Positions 38,210-43,952 of a stretch of DNA of 43,952 bases are shown here, in pieces; positions within the stretch are counted from its first letter, which is position 1; each line of letters starts with the position of its first letter. The notes beneath the pieces were generated by a model. It searched no databases. It was not told the origin of the DNA and saw only the letters and a list, made by a program, of their open reading frames with translations. A program made the translations under genes and the position numbers. Source of the stretch: Candidatus Bathyarchaeia archaeon (GTDB lineage: Archaea; Thermoproteota; Bathyarchaeia; Bathyarchaeales; Bathycorpusculaceae); the NCBI GenBank assembly GCA_050010515.1, contig JBEKKX010000019.1, forward strand, positions 1-43,952, read 5' to 3'.

Positions 38210-38383
38210 TTATTGAAAGGCTTCAAAGAAGCAGATTACATCGGGGCTTTGATTTATGCTGTAATTGTCAATCAGGTGGGCTGTTCCGTCTGGGCAGTAG
38301 ACTTTGTCGCCTTTTAAAGTTTTTTTGTATCGTACACTGCATTCCTTAAGCATTGAGCAGCCATCGCAATCTCTTGAGAGCAT
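38210..38383 (-). CDS. 57 aa Cys-rich microprotein (not in ORF track)
   Basis: MLSRDCDGCSMLKECSVRYKKTLKGDKVYCPDGTAHLIDNYSINQSPDVICFFEAFQ; SD GAGGTGA. Confidence 0.7.
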   Translation of the reverse strand: MLSRDCDGCSMLKECSVRYKKTLKGDKVYCPDGTAHLIDNYSINQSPDVICFFEAFQ

Positions 38384-38540
38384 TCTTTTTTCACCTCACA
38401 TTTCAAAGTAGAAATTATGTTGAGGCTCCTATAGAGATTCTCTTCATAATCTATATAGAAATAATACAGAAGATTAATTCATCAAAAACTATAAGAAACC
38501 TTTAAGAAATAAGGAACCATTCTCAAGAGCCAGAGACAGC

Positions 38541-39200
38541 TTGATGAACGAAAACGGATTGAAAGTAAAAGGCATCTTCTTAGACTTAGACGGCACAATA
38601 GTTGACTCCAAAGAAGCCTACATAGAAGCAGCAAGAATAGCATTCGAAGCCTGCGGACAAAAACCGCCAGGAGGGAAGGCTGCCTTTGAGATTCCTAGAA
38701 GGCTCGAAAAAGGTCTCACAATCAGCGATATCATAAAGGGTGACTCTAAAAAATTCCTAAGCATATACTTTGAAACTTACTACTCAATCACCCTAGAAAA
38801 AACCAAGCTTATACCTAACGTTTCAGCAACACTTGAAACCTTATCGGCAAAAACTAAACTCGGCCTAATAACCATGCGGCGTGTCCCAAAACAAGCCATA
38901 ATAAAAGAGCTAGAGTGCTTTGGCATATCAAAATATTTCACTCATGTTGTAACCGCGCTGGATACTTCTAAGCCTAAGCCTTCGCCTGAAGCATTAATTG
39001 CATGTGTCCAAGCCCTAGATGTTGAAATATGCGACTGCATCATCGCAGGAGACTCGGTTAACGACGTGCGCGCTGGGAAAGCCGCAGGCGCCAGAACTGT
39101 AGCAGTTTTATCTGGGCTTTTTCAATGCGAAGAGCTTATCAAAGAATGCCCAGATTTGATTTTAAACGATGTTAATGCACTTCCAAAGTTTATCAAATAA
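38541..39200 (+). CDS. HAD-superfamily phosphatase (PGP/PpaX-like)
   Basis: DLDGTIVD, KPKPSP, GDSVND motifs. Confidence 0.9.
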   Translation: MMNENGLKVKGIFLDLDGTIVDSKEAYIEAARIAFEACGQKPPGGKAAFEIPRRLEKGLTISDIIKGDSKKFLSIYFETYYSITLEKTKLIPNVSATLETLSAKTKLGLITMRRVPKQAIIKELECFGISKYFTHVVTALDTSKPKPSPEALIACVQALDVEICDCIIAGDSVNDVRAGKAAGARTVAVLSGLFQCEELIKECPDLILNDVNALPKFIK

Positions 39201-39335
39201 TTCTATTGCATATATCAGAATTTGAAATATTGCTAGAACCCGACTTACTCAGTTATATATCGCCGAAAAAATAAAGTTTAATTAAAAGCTTGATCTTTAA
39301 TCAATATTGGAGAGGGCTTCGGAGCGGGAATCAGT

Positions 39336-39950
39336 ATGAACTTTGTTGAATTGATGATAGGGGAGAAATTGAAAGAAGCGGATTCGGCTCTTGATGTTAT
39401 GGGGTCAGACCGCAAAGTTTTGCAGGTTGCTTGCCAGGACTTTACGAATTTTCTTAAATTTCATTGGGATTTGATGGGGAAAGAGGCAAGCCAATGTGAA
39501 CTAGTTGAAAGGTTGGAGAACATTTTCAAGGAAGATTCATCGGAGCTAGACGCGTTCTTAACTGTTTGGATTGGCATCTGGTTCAAAAAATGGAAGGAAC
39601 GAGTCAGGCTTCTCATAGGCGACCAGAACGCTAGCAGGTGGAATAAAGTTTCAAAAACTCTCGCTAACGCTGAACCACTATGGAAGAGAATTGAGCAAAA
39701 GCAAGAACTCCAAGAGATCATAGTCTCTACGTTGGTTAAAAACGGGGAAATCTGTGGAACCGAAATCTTATCTGAAAATCTATTAAAGATGGAGCTTGGA
39801 GAAAACTGCGTTCAAAACCTAAGCGACAGAGAAAGAATTTTTACGGTAGTTAATGAGGCGTTGAGGAAAGCTCGTGAGATGGCGCAAAGTAAAGGTCCAC
39901 TAATCTTTGTCAAGATAGACAAAGGCTACTATAACTCAGGAACCGAGTAA
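39336..39950 (+). CDS. hypothetical helical protein
   Basis: 204 aa ORF with ATG start. Confidence 0.75.
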   Translation: MNFVELMIGEKLKEADSALDVMGSDRKVLQVACQDFTNFLKFHWDLMGKEASQCELVERLENIFKEDSSELDAFLTVWIGIWFKKWKERVRLLIGDQNASRWNKVSKTLANAEPLWKRIEQKQELQEIIVSTLVKNGEICGTEILSENLLKMELGENCVQNLSDRERIFTVVNEALRKAREMAQSKGPLIFVKIDKGYYNSGTE

Positions 39951-40016
39951 GCGTTCTGCTTACTTCTTAGTTTTTTATAAAGCAGATTTATTAGCTATCA
40001 GCATTACTGTTTTTTC

Positions 40017-40574
40017 ATGGCTCGTTTTGTCGTTTTCCTTCGGGCGATTAACGTCGGCGGCTACACTGTCACCAAGGCAAAGTTGCAAGAAGCCTTCATC
40101 TGCTTAGGATACCAAAACGTTTCGACACACAAACAAAGCGGCAATGTAATCCTCGAAACCGACGAGGCAAATCCAAAAGAAATTAAGAGAAAAGTAGAGA
40201 ACAAACTTCGTGAGTTGTTGGGCTACGATGTGGCAGCATTTGTGCGCACAATCCCACAGCTCAAAGCAATAGTTAATCTTGAACCCTTCAACGGCTATGA
40301 TAAAGAAGGGACTAGTTTTCTGGTAACGTTTCTTGCTGATGTGCACTTGGAGTTTCCCCTCAAGTTGCCACTAACTATTCCGAAATCGACGGCGCAAATA
40401 ATTTCAGTGAAGGACGGCGAGGTTTTCAGTGTGACTCATGGTGGCGGTGAGGGAGGGCTACCTAACCCTTTTCTTGAAGCGAAGCTAAAATTGAAGGCGA
40501 CCACCCGAAACATGAACACAATTGCTGAAATAGTGGAAAAGTTCCCTGAAAGAGAGGCGAAGGAAAAAAGCTAA
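40017..40574 (+). CDS. DUF1697 family protein
   Basis: FLRAINVGG, QSGNV, ATTRNMNT. Confidence 0.88.
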   Translation: MARFVVFLRAINVGGYTVTKAKLQEAFICLGYQNVSTHKQSGNVILETDEANPKEIKRKVENKLRELLGYDVAAFVRTIPQLKAIVNLEPFNGYDKEGTSFLVTFLADVHLEFPLKLPLTIPKSTAQIISVKDGEVFSVTHGGGEGGLPNPFLEAKLKLKATTRNMNTIAEIVEKFPEREAKEKS

Positions 40575-40653
40575 GAAAAAGTTTGGCAGAAACTGCTTGA
40601 GATTCTTTCTTAGCAACGAATAAAATTAATAATAAAGTGATAGAACTTGAGGA

Positions 40654-40842
40654 TTAGACGACTCTTACTCTTTGGAGAGTCTTTCTCATCCAAGTATAAT
40701 GTCGGATGGTTGTGGTTTCTCCGTAACCGCAAGCTGCGCAACGCTTATGGCGTACGTGGTATGCGCGTCTTCCGCAGCGCCTGCATTTTATGTGGACGGT
40801 TTGGCCTTGGCGTTTGCCCATTGATGGTGTGCCTTTTCCCAT
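40654..40842 (-). CDS. rpl37e: 50S ribosomal protein L37e
   Basis: [11 protein letters not shown]...[13 protein letters not shown]...CAACGYG. Confidence 0.95.
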   Translation of the reverse strand: MGKGTPSMGKRQGQTVHIKCRRCGRRAYHVRHKRCAACGYGETTTIRHYTWMRKTLQRVRVV

Positions 40843-40847
40843 GGCGG

Positions 40848-41075
40848 TCACCTGGGTGAGGGTGAAATAAGGACTACGTTGTCTCCTCGGACGATTATTA
40901 GTCCCAGTCTCTTTTGGTTTTCAATGTTTGTTGTGTCTTCTGTTTCTTCTAGAACTAGGTTTAGGTGCTGGTCGAAACCCTTCAGTCTTCCCCTGAGGCT
41001 TTTTCCGCCTTTCAATCGTACAAGTACGATTTTGCTGAGGTTTTGTTCAAGGATTTCGGTTGTCATTTCGCTCAT
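40848..41075 (-). CDS. lsm: Sm-like (Lsm) RNA-binding protein
   Basis: [16 protein letters not shown]...[12 protein letters not shown]; conserved archaeal lsm-rpl37e pairing. Confidence 0.95.
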   Translation of the reverse strand: MSEMTTEILEQNLSKIVLVRLKGGKSLRGRLKGFDQHLNLVLEETEDTTNIENQKRLGLIIVRGDNVVLISPSPR

Positions 41076-41543
41076 TTTGGAATCCTCATGTATCTTTATC
41101 TCTTTTATACTTGAACTCTCCACATTTAAACCTTATCTAGCATGAGTTGGGTTCTTTTAGCTGGCTTAGGTTAAGTTAGCTTTCTATGCGGAAGCGGTTC
41201 TTGGTGTGGATTGGTTTAGAAGCGATATTTAGCTGGTGCTTTTAGTCCAAGTAGTTCTAGTTATGCTTTTAACATTGTTATTTCAATTGTAAATAGTACC
41301 CCCTCCCTCCCATTTCTGAAAAGTTTGTTTTGGGTTGATTTTTTGGTTTAGGGTTTGTTTTGGGGTTAGGTTGTGGTGGAAAAGGGTGAAATTCGGTAAA
41401 AAAGTGGAAAAAGGTCCCCGGGGTGGATGCGGGTAAGTGGTTGGATAAAATCTTCAAAAGACCGCCATTTCATAAAAAGCGGCTGCATGATGTAAGAGCA
41501 AAGTTAAATTTAACGCCTGCAGTGACTTACAGAGAGAAACAGT

Positions 41544-42047
41544 ATGCCCACAAAGCAGCGAAGATACCCCATAAAAGCGAAAGAGGCAAAACAAGTTCTA
41601 ACCGAAGCCCAAGCAAAAGTGAAACTTGACCTAGACGCGCTTTTCGGCGCTAAAGCAAACGTTGAAGTTGTTGAATCCGAAGTAGGCTCAATTTACCTTA
41701 TTGGCGGAAAACCATTGCTCTTCAAGGCGGGCGACAAGGTTCTGCCCACGCTGCTCTTCAGCGAGTTCACCGCGAAGGCGCCAAAAATAGTTGTTGACAT
41801 GGGCGCTGTCCCTTATGTTTGCAAGGGCGCAGACGTTATGGCTCCAGGCATAGTGCGCATTGAAGGAGAATTTGGCAAAGGCGACCTGGTGCTTGTGGTA
41901 GATGTGAAGTTTGGCAAAGCCCTGGCGCTGGGCGAGAGCCTCATGGACGCGGAAGCCGCCAAAGCCACCAAGAAAGGACCTGTAGTTAAAACGCTGCATT
42001 ATGTTAGCGACAAAATATGGGATTACACCAAATCATTAACCGACTAA
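41544..42047 (+). CDS. PUA-domain RNA-binding protein (Tma20/MCT-1-like)
   Basis: PTL...VVDMGAVPYVCKGADVMAPGIV...HYVSDKIW. Confidence 0.92.
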   Translation: MPTKQRRYPIKAKEAKQVLTEAQAKVKLDLDALFGAKANVEVVESEVGSIYLIGGKPLLFKAGDKVLPTLLFSEFTAKAPKIVVDMGAVPYVCKGADVMAPGIVRIEGEFGKGDLVLVVDVKFGKALALGESLMDAEAAKATKKGPVVKTLHYVSDKIWDYTKSLTD

Positions 42048-42116
42048 ATCAGCACTATTCTTTTTTGTAGGAAGTTTTAAGAGTGTAGTACTTTCATATT
42101 ACTGTAAGGATTCGAA

Positions 42117-42344
42117 ATGCAGAAAACTGTTAAGGTTACAAGAAAAGGGCAGACTACTATTCCCGCGAAAATTCGAGAACAGTTAGGCATAAAGGAAGGA
42201 GACGAGTTGGCAGTCGAAGCCATCGGCAACCAAGTAGTTTTCAAGCCAATACCCAAATTGGAGGACATGTGTGGAATTTTTGCTGGGGAAGTAGACATCG
42301 CTGAAATTAAGAAAGAAATTGATAAGATGCGTGAGGAATATTAG
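42117..42344 (+). CDS. vapB: AbrB/MazE-family antitoxin
   Basis: KVTRKGQTTIPAKIREQLGIKEGD. Confidence 0.9.
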   Translation: MQKTVKVTRKGQTTIPAKIREQLGIKEGDELAVEAIGNQVVFKPIPKLEDMCGIFAGEVDIAEIKKEIDKMREEY

Positions 42345-42347
42345 TTT

Positions 42348-42746
42348 TTGAAGGAAGTGCTTGATAGCCGTTTTCTTTTAGAATTCTTTTACTTTCAAGA
42401 TCCAACAATTCAACAAAAGGCTAATCTAAAAATGAAGAATTTAACGCAAAATGCCAATGGAATCATTCCAACAATAGTTATTCTTGAAACAATCCAGTTT
42501 ATCCACTCACGAAGAGGCAAAGCCACCGCGGAGAGAGTCTATTTAGCCATTAACTCAAGCGGATTAAAGATAGAGGGCTTAAGTTCTACCATCGCCAAAG
42601 AAGCAGGCATTCTCAAAAGCACCCACACAAACGTCCCCATAGGCGATTGCATCATCGCCGCCACCGCCATCAAAAACCAAGCAAAAATAATTTCAGACGA
42701 CCCACACTTCGATTCAATAAAAGAAACCAAACGAACCTGGCTATAA
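42348..42746 (+). CDS. vapC: PIN-domain toxin
   Basis: VLDS, ILE, IGDCIIAATA, SDDPHF. Confidence 0.9.
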   Translation: MKEVLDSRFLLEFFYFQDPTIQQKANLKMKNLTQNANGIIPTIVILETIQFIHSRRGKATAERVYLAINSSGLKIEGLSSTIAKEAGILKSTHTNVPIGDCIIAATAIKNQAKIISDDPHFDSIKETKRTWL

Positions 42747-43097
42747 ACACAAACCGAAACCTTGTTTTGCCTAGTTGGCTCCTAAGCGGGCTGGCACTAA
42801 AAAATTTTTGAGCCGTTCTGTAACAGTTTCAAGTTTATTTGGTTGAACAGAGTTTGTTTCAGGCTTTGTTTATATGTCACGCATCAACATTGAAACTAGT
42901 CACTCAAAAACATAGAAACCTGTCACAGTAGACCAGCCAAACAGCCACCTCGCCCCCAAACAACAAAAACTCTAAACCAATCTTCATATAAAGCCAAAGA
43001 CAAAGCTCCTTGCCCTGCGGTGTTTTTTCAGCTAAAATTATACAAACTTATATACTTAAGATTCTTTTAGGATATAGTACTAGCAGGAAGAGCATAA

Positions 43098-43385
43098 ATG
43101 AACCAATTAAACTATGAACATGAACCTCGATTAGATACTATTTTAATGGTAGAAAAAGCCATAAAAGACTGCGGTGAATACTCAACAAAAAAAGAACTAC
43201 TTAAAAGCTTGCCCAGAAAAATACAATACCAAACATTCGTGCGAATACTAAATTATCTGGAAAGCTCAAACAAGATTGTAATATCTAACAGGCGAATCAT
43301 TTGGGTATTTCCAGATAACCCTAAATTGAAAAAACTACTAGAAACAAGCATAAAGTTAGACAAGGTTTTAGATGAGACCCAATAG
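43098..43385 (+). CDS. hypothetical winged-helix-like protein
   Basis: PRLDTILMVE...ELLKSLPRKIQYQTFVRILNYLESSNKI. Confidence 0.7.
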   Translation: MNQLNYEHEPRLDTILMVEKAIKDCGEYSTKKELLKSLPRKIQYQTFVRILNYLESSNKIVISNRRIIWVFPDNPKLKKLLETSIKLDKVLDETQ

Positions 43386-43559
43386 AGAAGGGAACCGTTA
43401 GCTTAGTTGTATCCAAACGGATTTTTAGAAAAGAAGAAAGAGATTTAGTAACCCGTTTTTGGCTATAGTTGCTAATGATTTATTGGGCTTTGACGTATCC
43501 TGTGTGTTTTTAATGTTCTCCTTGCTCCTCCAGTTAAGCATTACTCATGCTTTTTTCTT

Positions 43560-43952
<393 letters not shown>

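Overview
Archaeal chromosomal window. The 3' end of a 16S rRNA, aIF-1A, L35Ae, L37e, Lsm, aRF1-like and deoxyhypusine synthase genes point to a TACK archaeon, and gene style suggests Bathyarchaeia (inference). From left to right it holds: (1) an accessory-looking region (~1-8.6 kb) with a GC-rich class II fumarase, a DUF1614-type membrane protein, a divergent aRF1 paralog, a VapBC pair, a nuclease-like protein and degenerate tRNA-3'-end-like fragments; (2) aguBA agmatine catabolism, an Lrp regulator and a complete ahbABCD alternative heme pathway; (3) a tautomerase, an M24 hydrolase, deoxyhypusine synthase, tRNA-Gln(CTG), and a DtxR/MntR-NRAMP pair with operator palindromes; (4) a surface protein and a cluster of small Cys/Zn proteins with aIF-1A, a LysW-like protein and L35Ae; (5) a rearranged phosphate locus with an ABC transporter lacking its binding protein, pstSCAB-phoU, an AbrB-PhoU regulator, several gene relics, a MITE-like element and a repeated Pho-box-like motif; (6) housekeeping genes, a second VapBC pair and a 16S rRNA with no 23S downstream. 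The most interesting signals are the aRF1 paralog, whose three stop-codon-reading motifs are all altered while GGQ is intact, and the relic structure of the phosphate locus. All calls come from motif recognition by eye; no database searches were run.
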